Source of the DNA: Staphylococcus phage S6
Sequence record: LC680885.1
Reading direction: 5' to 3' (one strand)
Length of the DNA: 64,000 nt
The notes below the pieces were generated by a model, which searched no databases, was not told the origin of the DNA, and was given only the letters and a program-made list of their open reading frames with translations. Each line of letters opens with the position of its first letter. The first letter of the stretch is position 1. Positions 10,680 through 20,220 of this stretch are shown here, piece by piece. Both the position numbers and the translations under genes were made by a program.

Positions 10680-10749
10680 GGATAAAAAAAATAAAATATT
10701 CACCCTAACACAAATAATCCAATTAAGGACTAAATGTGTTAGGGTGAAT
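10680..10749 (-). terminator. Rho-independent terminator (15-bp stem 10698-10712/10735-10749, long loop; T-run on minus strand at 10680-10697)
   Basis: Inverted repeat 'attcaccctaacaca..tgtgttagggtgaat'. Read on the minus strand it is followed by 'aatattttatttttttt'. Lies between minus-strand genes 10755-11423 and 4627-10605. Confidence 0.5.
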
Positions 10750-10754
10750 TAATA

Positions 10755-11423
10755 TTATTTATTCTTGACTACATCTTGTATTTTATTCAATACACTATCT
10801 AAATTTTTAGTATAAACTAAATTAGTAAATAATACATCTAATAAAAATACTATCGTTTTATGAGTGATATAAAATAAATTATTAACTATTTTATCTTGTT
10901 CTTCTTCGCTAATTTCTTCTTTATCTTGATGATATTTTCTATTAGGTAATGAACGTCTACTTAATCCCATATATTCAACTAAATATTCATTTAATTTCGT
11001 TTTAATATCATCAAGTCTATCATAATCACTAATACTCTTATCGTTAGCTAAAAGAAGAGTTTTGTTATAATCGATATTACTTGTTTGAAGAAATTTATTG
11101 TCCATATATTTACTTAATAATGTTGAATTGATAGATATTAAGTAAAGAATAATATCTAATAATTCTTTTGATGCATTATTAATATATTCAAACTTCTGAG
11201 ACTGATTGTATTCAGGATTATTAGTAATTTGATTTATTTCATAATTAAATTCATGAATTTCTTCAACTATTTGAGGTATGAATCTATCTACCATTTGATG
11301 TAATTCCTCATTACCAAAATCGTAACGAGAAATTACATTTACATGATTTATATACATAGCACTTATATCTAATTCAATAGATTCTCTTTTCTTATAAAAA
11401 TGTTTCATTGACAATTCCTCCAT
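10755..11423 (-). CDS. hypothetical protein
   Basis: 222-aa ORF with an RBS-like 'ggaggaattg' context upstream. No recognisable motif. Confidence 0.5.
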   Translation of the reverse strand: MEELSMKHFYKKRESIELDISAMYINHVNVISRYDFGNEELHQMVDRFIPQIVEEIHEFNYEINQITNNPEYNQSQKFEYINNASKELLDIILYLISINSTLLSKYMDNKFLQTSNIDYNKTLLLANDKSISDYDRLDDIKTKLNEYLVEYMGLSRRSLPNRKYHQDKEEISEEEQDKIVNNLFYITHKTIVFLLDVLFTNLVYTKNLDSVLNKIQDVVKNK

Positions 11424-11437
11424 GTTTTTAATTGGTC

Positions 11438-12355
11438 TTATCTAAAACGTTTTTTGTATTCTTCTTCATATTTAGCATTGACATCTGAAACTTTAATATC
11501 TTTACCATCATCTGTTTTAAAGTTATCTTTATCAATTTCTTCACCTTTAATTACTTCTTTATCTTCATTTTCTACTTTAGCTACCATAGCAATATGAGGT
11601 GGTACAAATGATGCTTGTTTAACTGTTTCCATTTTAGCATTATGAATACGACCTTTAATTAATTTACGAGAGAAATGTACATTTTTCATAGTTAATGTTT
11701 TACCTTTAACTAATGCATTTTCTCTAAGTGCATCAATTTCATTAATAATATCACTTAATTCTTTTTTAGAATATCTATTATCTTCTAGATTTGTTACTAA
11801 GTCATTAATAAGTTCTTCTTTAGTATAAGATTTCTCACTGAATTTTTTAACATTTTTCTTTCTACTAGTCATTTTCTTTTTACCAACCTTCTGATTTGAT
11901 TTAGTTTTTGTACTTTGTTTCTTTTCTTTTAATACTGGATTCTTAACTTCTTCTTTAGTCTCTTCTTGCTTAGTTTCTACTTTATCCTCTTCTTGTTTAG
12001 TTTCTTTTTGCTTAATTTCTTTTGCTTTCTCTGGATTTAAACCTGAAGCTGTTACAGTTACTTTATCATAAGAACTTTCTGTTGGAATATCCTTAAGATT
12101 AATTTCAACATCTTTAAGTTCATCTGAATTGATGAAAATTTCTTTTTTATCATAATTAATCTTAATAACATCATCATCTTCAGGAATTAAAACTAAATTC
12201 TTTCTGTCATATTTCTCTGGAATAGTTTCGATATCAAATGTAATTGTATCTCCTTCATATCCTTGTTCTTCTGATAATTTAATCTTAGCTGACTCTAATA
12301 CAGTTAAATCCTCTTTTTCTTTTGTAACTTTCTTTCTTGTAATTGCCATATCCAA
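11438..12355 (-). CDS. hypothetical Lys/Glu-rich protein (possible virion/assembly protein)
   Basis: 305-aa ORF. Highly charged 'KQKETKQEEDKVETKQEETKEEVK' region. First gene after the divergent promoter region. Confidence 0.5.
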   Translation of the reverse strand: MDMAITRKKVTKEKEDLTVLESAKIKLSEEQGYEGDTITFDIETIPEKYDRKNLVLIPEDDDVIKINYDKKEIFINSDELKDVEINLKDIPTESSYDKVTVTASGLNPEKAKEIKQKETKQEEDKVETKQEETKEEVKNPVLKEKKQSTKTKSNQKVGKKKMTSRKKNVKKFSEKSYTKEELINDLVTNLEDNRYSKKELSDIINEIDALRENALVKGKTLTMKNVHFSRKLIKGRIHNAKMETVKQASFVPPHIAMVAKVENEDKEVIKGEEIDKDNFKTDDGKDIKVSDVNAKYEEEYKKRFR

Positions 12356-12395
12356 ATCTCTCCTTATATAAAATAATTTGAAGCTAATATTCTTA

Positions 12396-12441
12396 CTAAC
12401 TTCATTAAAATAATATATATTTATATTATTAATTGAAGTTT
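12396..12441. promoter_or_regulatory. Palindromic divergent promoter element carrying the conserved AT-rich motif on both strands
   Basis: 'aacttcattaaaataatatatatttatattattaattgaagtt' is an imperfect 43-bp palindrome. The + strand copy 12413-12441 ('atatatttatattattaattgaag') and the rc of 12396-12421 ('aaatatatattattttaatgaagtt') both match the motif found upstream of 8 other operons. Sits in the 330-bp AT-rich gap between the minus- and plus-strand blocks. Confidence 0.45.
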
Positions 12442-12701
12442 ATAAATTTTTATTATTAGAGTTTTTCTATGATCCAGAGTATTAATATATTTTATTAATT
12501 AAAAATATATTTATTAATAATATTTATATTAATATTAATTATTAAATTTATAATTACTTACTAATATAAGTAATATATTAATACAAAATTTTAAAAATTT
12601 ATAAATAAAAATTTTATAAAATCTGAATAACCAATTTATATTAATTAAAAAATCAATGACGTTTAAAAATATAATAAATTTGATTGAGGTGTATTAAGAT
12701 A

Positions 12702-13910
12702 ATGGGTTTAAATAAAAAACAAGAAGAAGGATTAAGATTAGCTAAAGAATGGTATAATAATGATAGTCATAGACCTTTTGTATTATCAGGTATTGCTGGA
12801 AGTGGGAAGTCATTTACAATGACTAAAATAATTGATTCTTTAGGCTTACATGAAGCTAATGTTTCTTTTATAGCATATACAGGAATGGCTGCAGGTGTAT
12901 TAGTCAAAAGAGGTTTGAATGCTACTACAATCCATAGAACTATTTATAATCATTTTATGGATGAAAAAACTGGTAAAGTGAATTTTAGATTAAAAGATGA
13001 ATTACCGAGAGATATTAAATTAATAATTATAGACGAAGTTTCAATGGTTCCTATGAAGATGATAGAAGAAATTCAAAGTTTTGGAATACCTATACTATGT
13101 TTAGGAGATCCAGCACAGCTTAAAAGTTTATCAGGAAGAAATGAATTACTAGATAAACCTGATATATTCTTAGATGAACCAGTAAGACAATCATTAGATA
13201 ATCCTATACTTGTTGCAGCTAATTTAGTTCGTAATGGTAAAGATTTAGAATATGGTTCATATGGAGATAATGTACATGTAATTACTTCAGATGAATTGAC
13301 TTTAGATATGTATCAGAATGCAGATCAAGTTCTAATGAGCTATAATAGAACAGTGGATCAATTTAATAGATTCTATAGAAGTCAAATATTAAATATTGAT
13401 GTTGAAAATAATCCATTTCCTAAAGAAGATGAAAAAATTATTTGTCTAAAGAATAATTGGTCTAAAGTAGTTAATGAAGGTAATATAACTCAGTACTTAA
13501 CTAATGGTTTGATTGGTAATATAACTAGATCTGGTAAAAAGAAACCTATGACTAAATCAACTCAGTTGGATTTTAAACCTAAAGGTTTTGAATTAGAAAG
13601 GTTTAGTAGAATATATTACGATGATTTAATTTTTGAAGGTACTATTGGAGATCAACAAGAACTATTTGATTTAAGATTCAAAGATAATGAAATTAATAAA
13701 ATATTTAAGAAACGATATGTAACTGAAATGTCTGATTTTGGTATGAAAGTAAATCCATTTAATTTTGCATACGGAATTACTATTCATAAATCTCAAGGTT
13801 CTGAATTTGATAATGTAATAGTATTTAGTGAAAATATGAGTAAAGATAGATTCAAGTCATTATATACAGCTATTACTCGTGCTAAAAAGAATTTGATTGT
13901 AGTTCAATAA
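12702..13910 (+). CDS. SF1B DNA helicase, Dda/RecD-like
   Basis: Walker A 'GIAGSGKSF', Walker B 'LIIIDEVSMV', C-terminal 'ITIHKSQGSEFDNVIV' (UvrD_C_2-like). ATG at 12702 with GAGGTG 9 nt upstream (track start 12684 is an upstream TTG). Confidence 0.75.
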   Translation: MGLNKKQEEGLRLAKEWYNNDSHRPFVLSGIAGSGKSFTMTKIIDSLGLHEANVSFIAYTGMAAGVLVKRGLNATTIHRTIYNHFMDEKTGKVNFRLKDELPRDIKLIIIDEVSMVPMKMIEEIQSFGIPILCLGDPAQLKSLSGRNELLDKPDIFLDEPVRQSLDNPILVAANLVRNGKDLEYGSYGDNVHVITSDELTLDMYQNADQVLMSYNRTVDQFNRFYRSQILNIDVENNPFPKEDEKIICLKNNWSKVVNEGNITQYLTNGLIGNITRSGKKKPMTKSTQLDFKPKGFELERFSRIYYDDLIFEGTIGDQQELFDLRFKDNEINKIFKKRYVTEMSDFGMKVNPFNFAYGITIHKSQGSEFDNVIVFSENMSKDRFKSLYTAITRAKKNLIVVQ

Positions 13911-13930
13911 TATGTATAAGGATGATATAA

Positions 13931-14182
13931 GTGGATAATAATAATGTAAGTAGTAAAATCAATAAAAATCAATTACAAACAGCAATGAATAATATGTCTA
14001 AAAATATAAATGGTATAAGTAGAAAGATAACAGGACAAGATAAAATTGATGAAATTAATAAACTTAAAAGAGAAAATGAAGAATTACATCGTTTTCTCTT
14101 TAAGATCTATCAAGATGATGAATTTGATAGGAAAGAATTGAAGAAAATTATATTTAAAGATGTAAATAAAAAATTTAAATAA
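13931..14182 (+). CDS. small coiled-coil protein, member 1 of an 8-gene array (ends ..KDVNKKFK)
   Basis: 83 aa, heptad-rich. Tightly packed with the following genes. Confidence 0.5.
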   Translation: MDNNNVSSKINKNQLQTAMNNMSKNINGISRKITGQDKIDEINKLKRENEELHRFLFKIYQDDEFDRKELKKIIFKDVNKKFK

Positions 14183-14184
14183 GG

Positions 14185-14391
14185 GTGATTAATTTGAATT
14201 CAGATATCCGAATAGATAGAAGTGGCCTTTATATACAATCTAATGAGAAGCAGATGAAAGGACAAATTAAAATTATAGAAGAAAACAAAAAATTAAAAGA
14301 TTTTATTATTGATATTAAAAATAATGGTGGCTATGATGAAAAGGAATTAAATAAAATAGTAAATGAAATTGTTAAGGAGAATTTAAAATAA
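14185..14391 (+). CDS. small coiled-coil protein (ends ..IVKENLK)
   Basis: 68 aa. Stop overlaps the next start (TAATG). Confidence 0.45.
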   Translation: MINLNSDIRIDRSGLYIQSNEKQMKGQIKIIEENKKLKDFIIDIKNNGGYDEKELNKIVNEIVKENLK

Positions 14392-14846
14392 TGTCAAATG
14401 AAAAAGTTATTGCTAAAGAATTAACGTTAGACCAGAAAATTAAAATGTTAGAACCAAAGATAGATGAAGAGACTTATTTAAGACCATTAAGTCAAGTGGA
14501 TGAGTCTTTTTATAATGAAGTTATTAAAGATGAATTAATTGAGAAAATTAATAATGAAGACCATAAATTTGAAAATAATTTCGATTATCATATATTTAAA
14601 AATGGACCAATACAATTACTAGGTTTCATTTATAAATTTGAATTTAATGAAAATGCAGTAAATGTTAAAAAAGAAAAACCTAATGAAGGTAATATCTATT
14701 TTGGAAGCTTTATATTAAATAATAAAAATAAAAAAGATGATTCAATATATTTACTTAGAGTTGATAGCAGCTTAGTTGATTTTAGTCTATTAGAAAATAA
14801 AAAATATAAAGAATTTGGTAGAAACTTATTTAAATTAATTAAATAG
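14391..14846 (+). CDS. hypothetical protein
   Basis: 151 aa. Translationally coupled to the neighbouring small genes. Confidence 0.5.
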   Translation: MSNEKVIAKELTLDQKIKMLEPKIDEETYLRPLSQVDESFYNEVIKDELIEKINNEDHKFENNFDYHIFKNGPIQLLGFIYKFEFNENAVNVKKEKPNEGNIYFGSFILNNKNKKDDSIYLLRVDSSLVDFSLLENKKYKEFGRNLFKLIK

Positions 14847-14857
14847 GAGTGATATAA

Positions 14858-15136
14858 ATGGATAAAGAAATCGAAGATTTAGCAGGAAAAATAAATAATC
14901 TAGAAATTGACCTTAAAGGGATGAATTACAGATTATCTAATGATAAACAAGTTATTGATTTTGAAATAAATAAAATTAATGAATATATTAAATTTTTACA
15001 TGAAGAAAATCAAAGCATCAAAAAAGAAAATATGTTGTTAAAAGAAGCAATAGTGTCTATTTCTAAACATACAGAATTTAAGAATGATTATATAAATAAA
15101 CTGTCTAAAGAAATTGTTAAAGAAAATTTTAAATAA
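14858..15136 (+). CDS. small coiled-coil protein (ends ..IVKENFK)
   Basis: 92 aa. ATG with AGGAG 9 nt upstream. Confidence 0.55.
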   Translation: MDKEIEDLAGKINNLEIDLKGMNYRLSNDKQVIDFEINKINEYIKFLHEENQSIKKENMLLKEAIVSISKHTEFKNDYINKLSKEIVKENFK

Positions 15137-15156
15137 TAAAGAGATGTGATTTTATT

Positions 15157-15432
15157 TTGAATAATGAAAAAAGTTTAATTAAGCGTATGGAAGATTTAGA
15201 AGAACGTACTAGAATGAATGAAATTAAATTAAATACTATGAAAGATAATTATCATTATATAAATGACATTATAGGCACATTAATTAATAGAATAGAAAAT
15301 TCTAATCAAACTAATGAAAAGAAATTAGATGAAATAAGATTAGAGTTAGTCCGTCTTTCTAACGAATTAAATTCACATTCTGAAGTAACTAAAAAGTATC
15401 TAAAGAATTTTATCAAAGATAATCTTAAATAA
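15157..15432 (+). CDS. small coiled-coil protein (ends ..FIKDNLK)
   Basis: 91 aa. TTG start in the track; an ATG follows shortly after. Confidence 0.45.
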   Translation: MNNEKSLIKRMEDLEERTRMNEIKLNTMKDNYHYINDIIGTLINRIENSNQTNEKKLDEIRLELVRLSNELNSHSEVTKKYLKNFIKDNLK

Positions 15433-15445
15433 AGGAATGAAGTGT

Positions 15446-15724
15446 ATGAAGACTATTAAAAGAATAATTGGTTCAGAAGAATTTATCAATACGGTAAAGA
15501 AAACTATAGCTAGAACTAAGAAAGCAGAAGAAAAATTTTATGATTTAAATAATAGAGTTGATAAAGCTTTATCTTTAGCTAGTAGAGTTGTTGAAGATAA
15601 TAAAGAAAAAGAAAGACAAATTAAAGAGCTAAAAGAAGCTTTATCTAAAGAAAAAATTAATAACAGAAGCATAAAATCCCGATATAATAGATTATTATAT
15701 AAAAATGGAAATGGAGGGAAATAA
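15446..15724 (+). CDS. small coiled-coil basic protein
   Basis: ATG at 15446 with AAAGGA 9 nt upstream (track start 15437 is too close to the RBS). Confidence 0.5.
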   Translation: MKTIKRIIGSEEFINTVKKTIARTKKAEEKFYDLNNRVDKALSLASRVVEDNKEKERQIKELKEALSKEKINNRSIKSRYNRLLYKNGNGGK

Positions 15725-15729
15725 TAATT

Positions 15730-15957
15730 ATGAACTCAAATATTAATTTTAATGATAATGGATCATCTATGGATGAACTATATTCAAGAATGCAACTTAG
15801 AGCCGCTAAACAAGTAGAAAAAGATATATTGGGAGATAATGAAAAAGATTCCCTAGAAAAAGAAGTAAAAGAACTTAGAGAACTTGTTCTTGAAGTAGCT
15901 AAAAAGTATGATGTTAAAGAAATAAAAGAATATCTAGTTAGAAAAAATATGAAATAG
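15730..15957 (+). CDS. small coiled-coil protein (ends ..LVRKNMK)
   Basis: 75 aa. Confidence 0.45.
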   Translation: MNSNINFNDNGSSMDELYSRMQLRAAKQVEKDILGDNEKDSLEKEVKELRELVLEVAKKYDVKEIKEYLVRKNMK

Positions 15958-15982
15958 TGTTTAAGAAAAGAGTTGAATAAAA

Positions 15983-16174
15983 TTGGTTGAAAATGATTTA
16001 GATATCTTTAAAGCAATTGAAAAAGCAACTAATAATATCTTAGATAAAAATGAAAAACTAAAAAGTGAGAATTTAGAACTTAAAGAATTGATATTAGATA
16101 TTTCTAAAGAATATAATATAAAAGATAAAAGAATAACTGAAATAAAAGTTGATCTAGCAAAAAATAAGAGGTAA
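15983..16174 (+). CDS. small coiled-coil protein
   Basis: 63 aa on the same strand as the array. The overlapping minus ORF 15961-16251 is Leu/Ile-rich low complexity. TTG start, so uncertain. Confidence 0.35.
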   Translation: MVENDLDIFKAIEKATNNILDKNEKLKSENLELKELILDISKEYNIKDKRITEIKVDLAKNKR

Positions 16175-16197
16175 TGACAAATTAATGTCATTACCTC
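16168..16197. terminator. Bidirectional hairpin terminator (12-bp stem 'gaggtaatgaca'/'tgtcattacctc')
   Basis: Perfect inverted repeat between convergent genes 15983-16174 (+) and 16211-18439 (-). Followed by 'aattatactgc', which is shared with the hairpin at 33746. Confidence 0.6.
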
Positions 16198-16210
16198 AAT
16201 TATACTGCTT

Positions 16211-18439
16211 TTAGTCATCATATTTATCTTTATATTCATAATAACTATCAAATTGAACTTCTAAACCTGAGAAAGCTGAAATGAATCCCATTCTACCTTC
16301 CATATTGATATTTTCAATATCTTTAAAATCAACATCTGGTTTACGATAATTGAAATTCTTATTTTTGTCTATAAATATTCTAATTCTATTTTCATTTTTA
16401 ATAATCTTGATATACTTGTTATTAATGTCTAATGGAACATGATTAGTTAAAAATAATTGTTTTTCTGATTCATCTTGGAATATTTCTTTAGGTTTTCCAA
16501 ATACTTTATCAATTTCATAGAAACCAGTTTTCATTATACGGTCAGGATCTTTCATTACATCTCCATCATTTAGATCAAAGTAAGGAACATCCCAATTTTC
16601 TTGTTGAGAAGCTATCCAAAGCATGTAACCTGAATTGAGTTGAGTGTTATAATCAAATACGATTCCTGCTCCACCAGTTTTATTTTTATTAATTACTTTA
16701 AATGTCATAATATAATTTTTAGGGAATTTAAAGTTTTGACTATACACATAATTTAATGCATCATCATCGAATTTAGTTGTTCCATCTATGAAGCTGATAT
16801 ATCCATAATTACCTAATGACTGTTTAGATAAAGTTTTATTATAAAATCCTGTATAAGTTTGAGTTTCTACAGGGAATGTACCATATGATCTTAATGCAAC
16901 TATCATAGGATTAAAGTATATTCCTGATCTACTCTCATCATAGAAATAATCAGAACCATCTGGATTTTTAAGTGAATAATTATACTCCAACTCAACATTA
17001 TACCAATCTTCTTTAGTTACGATAAATGTATTATCGAATTCTTCATGACTAATTCCAGCTATTTCAAATTCATCTAAACTAACTTGAATTATTTCATTTG
17101 GATCAACGTCATCAACAAAATTTGTTAATTTGACTTCTATTTCCATTCTCTTAATATTTTTCATATTGTACATCATATGTTTAAGATATGATTTTTGACC
17201 TTGAGTATTATAATTTTTATTATTTGAAGGGAATATATTTTCTACTTTTTTAACTTTACCTGTATTTGATGTTAATGTGATATCATAAACTAACTTAGCT
17301 GTAGGATGATTATTATCTTTAAAGTTAGTTGAATATCCCATATTAAAAGCAAAGAAATCATAATTTAATAAACGTTTAATATTCATTCTAGGATTTTCAT
17401 TTTCATCATCTAAAGTTATTTTAACAAATGATGCAGAATTTTCATCTTCTTTATCAGATTTACTTAAAATATCTCCTTTAACTTCATATAAACCGGTTTC
17501 TTGATTAAAACTTACTGAAGATAATCTTGTTGATTCAAGATTAGAATGACTTACATCTTCATCATTAGCTTTTCTTAAATCAAATATAGCTGTAGGTGCT
17601 TTAAATTGATAGTTCTCTGTAGCATTAATTATATTAAAACCTTTTCGATCTGTTATTTTTAATTTAGATGTACCATTTTGTAAAGGTGCAAATAAATATT
17701 TCTCTCCTGGTTTAAAATACATTTTACCTTGAAATTTACGTGAAAAACCTTTTTTGTAAAATAGATGTGGTAGAGTTTTTAAACCATCGTTATTAAGTGT
17801 AAATGGTTCTACTAAATCTTTATTATCTGTATCAGGTCTATAGAATTTATGCTCATGAACTTCATGTCTTTCTCTTAGATATCTATCAGAAGTGATATTT
17901 TCTAATTTATCTTCAAAATCAGTTTCAGGTACAAACGGTATAATTCTAGGATCGTTATAACCCGGAGTAACTCTACCGGATTTTTCTTCAGTACTTTTCA
18001 TCATGTGTTTAAAAATAGGCTTGGGATTATTTTCAGTGCCTAATATTTCATTTTCTTCATTAATAATCTTATTTAAATCATTAATGACAGTCTCTGGGAA
18101 AATTTTTACAGTATCTGTATTAAATTGATCTACTGTTTGCATATCATTAACAAAAAGTAAAAGATACCAAAGATCAGTAGTTCCATATAGTTCATTAGAT
18201 AGATATTCAGGCCGATAGTGATATGATTTTGATAAGTCATAATCTATTAAATCTCTTTTAAGTACATTTTCATATTTTTTTAGTAATGGTAAACTAAAGA
18301 CAGCTTGTTTTTCAAATAAATACCATTCTGATATATTATTAAGTAATATTTTATTCGTCTTGGAGTATTCTATTTCATCAGACATTTCAGGTACATCATT
18401 TCTACCCATATTGTTATTTCCTACGTCACGAATAAGCAA
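16211..18439 (-). CDS. hypothetical large protein (lone minus-strand gene; beta-rich C-terminal region, possible virion/receptor-binding-type protein)
   Basis: 742-aa ORF. C-terminal 'GGAGIVFDYNTQLNSGYMLWI...GRMGFISAFSGLEVQF' resembles a lectin or jelly-roll fold only weakly. Confidence 0.5.
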   Translation of the reverse strand: MLIRDVGNNNMGRNDVPEMSDEIEYSKTNKILLNNISEWYLFEKQAVFSLPLLKKYENVLKRDLIDYDLSKSYHYRPEYLSNELYGTTDLWYLLLFVNDMQTVDQFNTDTVKIFPETVINDLNKIINEENEILGTENNPKPIFKHMMKSTEEKSGRVTPGYNDPRIIPFVPETDFEDKLENITSDRYLRERHEVHEHKFYRPDTDNKDLVEPFTLNNDGLKTLPHLFYKKGFSRKFQGKMYFKPGEKYLFAPLQNGTSKLKITDRKGFNIINATENYQFKAPTAIFDLRKANDEDVSHSNLESTRLSSVSFNQETGLYEVKGDILSKSDKEDENSASFVKITLDDENENPRMNIKRLLNYDFFAFNMGYSTNFKDNNHPTAKLVYDITLTSNTGKVKKVENIFPSNNKNYNTQGQKSYLKHMMYNMKNIKRMEIEVKLTNFVDDVDPNEIIQVSLDEFEIAGISHEEFDNTFIVTKEDWYNVELEYNYSLKNPDGSDYFYDESRSGIYFNPMIVALRSYGTFPVETQTYTGFYNKTLSKQSLGNYGYISFIDGTTKFDDDALNYVYSQNFKFPKNYIMTFKVINKNKTGGAGIVFDYNTQLNSGYMLWIASQQENWDVPYFDLNDGDVMKDPDRIMKTGFYEIDKVFGKPKEIFQDESEKQLFLTNHVPLDINNKYIKIIKNENRIRIFIDKNKNFNYRKPDVDFKDIENINMEGRMGFISAFSGLEVQFDSYYEYKDKYDD

Positions 18440-18534
18440 AATTATTTCACTTCCATTCTTATTTTGTTATAATAAATGCATGTTAAAGTTCGAATGAGCA
18501 TATTAATAAAAAACTAAAAATTTCAACTAATATT

Positions 18535-18560
18535 TTAAATATATATTATTTTAATGAGAT
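18535..18560 (+). promoter_or_regulatory. Conserved promoter-like motif copy 1 ('ttaaatatatattattttaatgagat')
   Basis: Matches the recurring TTAAATATATATTATAAAAATGAG consensus. Lies 58 nt upstream of the 18618 start. Confidence 0.45.
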
Positions 18561-18617
18561 TGAGATGGAATTAATCTTAATACTCAAAAATAAAAATTTT
18601 TAATTACAAGGAGAGAT

Positions 18618-20168
18618 TTGGATATGGCAAAAGTAAAATACTCACAAACAAAATTATTGGTAAGAGGAGCATTTAGATCAGATGAAATTATCAACGTAGT
18701 TGGTGATGGCGGAATTGGTAAAACACAAATGATGAGAGATATTGCAGAAGAAGATAATATGAACTTCATTACTATCGCTGCAAATAACCTTAAAGAAGGG
18801 GAATTATCTTTACCAATGTTATCACAAAAAGATAATGAAGTTATCTATGCTCCAATGGATAAAATTAAGTTAGCTAATAGTCTTTTTGAGAGATATAAAG
18901 AGTATCAAAGAGAAGGTGGAAAACAATATTCACGTAAAGACCTTTCTTTAAAATCTGTTGATGAATTAAAAGAAATTTATGTGAAATTGACTGGTAAAGA
19001 TGTTGTTGATTATTATGAGGATACTCATGAAAACTATGTTAATAAAGTATTTAACAAAGCTAGAGTTAAAAATGTTAAATATAGTAAAAATGATTTAATG
19101 AAAAAATCATTTAATGAATTAAATGAAATCTTTGTAGAATTAACTGGTAAAGAATTAAGAGATAAAATTGGTAAAGGTTTCTATATCAAAGAAATTTTAG
19201 AAGCAGTTCCAAGACCTTATACTCTATTATTTATTGACGAAATTGGACGTACAGACCAACAAGTACAATCAGAGTTAATGAACTTCTTATTAGAACGTCA
19301 AGTAAATGGTTATCATTTACCACCTAACGTTAAGATTGCATTAGCACAAAACCCATCTTCAGACATGCCAGGATTTGAAGACTCAGAATACGCAGCAACT
19401 TCTATGGATAACGCAGTAAGTTCTCGTATTACATTTGTACACATGGTTCCTGATATTGAAAGTTGGGTAGACTTTGCTACTAAATATAAAGATGGTTCAG
19501 AAAAGCAAAATATTCATCCATCTATTGTTGAGTTCGTAACTGAAAAAGAAAGTACTGAATATTTATTCAGACCTCATAAAGAAGCTGGTAAAGACTTCAA
19601 TGATACTAACCCACGTTCTTGGGAAATGATTTCTAATATGTTATATGTATTAGAAGAAGATGATTTATTTAAATTCTCTAATAGTGAAGAAGAGAAACGT
19701 AAGAAGAAAGATACTTTACAATTCTTCACTGAAGGTAAAATTAATAGTGATTTAGCAAACTTATTTGTTAAATTCTATATTGAAAAACAAGCTAAATTAC
19801 CTCGTCCAAGTGATATTTTATTTGAATATGATAAAGGTAAAATGGTTCCTCGTAAAGAATTAGCTAAACAACACATTGAAGCTATTGAAAGTCAATCAAC
19901 TATTAGACAATTAACATTGAAAACTTCAATGATTAACTATCTTAAAAATAATCCTGATTTAGCTGAAGAACAAGTTATTCAAATTGCTGTAGAAGCTTTA
20001 TTATTAGGTAAAGTTGAAACTAATGCTACACCAATTAGATTAATTTCTAGACTTTCAGAATCTACTGAAGAGTCAGACCAAGAATTATATGAGAAATTCA
20101 CTGATAATGAATTATACAGTGATAAAGCATTTGCATTATACGAACAAATGGTAGGAAGCTTAGGATAA
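18618..20168 (+). CDS. AAA+ ATPase, MoxR-like (AAA_5-type)
   Basis: Walker A 'GDGGIGKTQ', Walker B 'LLFIDEIGRT', sensor 'IALAQNPSS'. An insertion of about 110 aa lies between Walker A and B. AGGAGAG RBS. Confidence 0.65.
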   Translation: MDMAKVKYSQTKLLVRGAFRSDEIINVVGDGGIGKTQMMRDIAEEDNMNFITIAANNLKEGELSLPMLSQKDNEVIYAPMDKIKLANSLFERYKEYQREGGKQYSRKDLSLKSVDELKEIYVKLTGKDVVDYYEDTHENYVNKVFNKARVKNVKYSKNDLMKKSFNELNEIFVELTGKELRDKIGKGFYIKEILEAVPRPYTLLFIDEIGRTDQQVQSELMNFLLERQVNGYHLPPNVKIALAQNPSSDMPGFEDSEYAATSMDNAVSSRITFVHMVPDIESWVDFATKYKDGSEKQNIHPSIVEFVTEKESTEYLFRPHKEAGKDFNDTNPRSWEMISNMLYVLEEDDLFKFSNSEEEKRKKKDTLQFFTEGKINSDLANLFVKFYIEKQAKLPRPSDILFEYDKGKMVPRKELAKQHIEAIESQSTIRQLTLKTSMINYLKNNPDLAEEQVIQIAVEALLLGKVETNATPIRLISRLSESTEESDQELYEKFTDNELYSDKAFALYEQMVGSLG

Positions 20169-20176
20169 CAATTATA

Positions 20177-20220
20177 GATAATGGAGATTATTAGTCTCCA
20201 TTATCTTCATTTATTTTTTT
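20177..20220 (+). terminator. Rho-independent terminator ('gataatggaga..tctccattatc' + T-run)
   Basis: 11-bp stem, 7-nt loop, followed by 'ttcatttattttttt'. Confidence 0.6.

Noticed and set aside
10606-10750. 'CCCTAAC/GTTAGGG' telomere-like hexamers in the hairpin stems at 10612, 10702, 10737 and 63089
   Set aside because: Occur only as parts of GC-rich terminator stems. Too few, and not tandem. Coincidental.
12356-12683. tRNA or small RNA in the 330-bp AT-rich gap
   Set aside because: Sequence is more than 85% A+T with no GC-rich cloverleaf-forming segments. It reads as promoter or UP-element-like DNA only.
15961-16251. 96-aa minus-strand ORF overlapping 15983-16174 and the terminator hairpin
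   Set aside because: Ile/Leu/Ser low-complexity and spans a perfect hairpin. The plus-strand coiled-coil ORF fits the array better.
18584-18769. 61-aa minus ORF overlapping the start of the AAA+ ATPase gene
   Set aside because: Antisense to a well-supported gene with Walker A in this region. No RBS.
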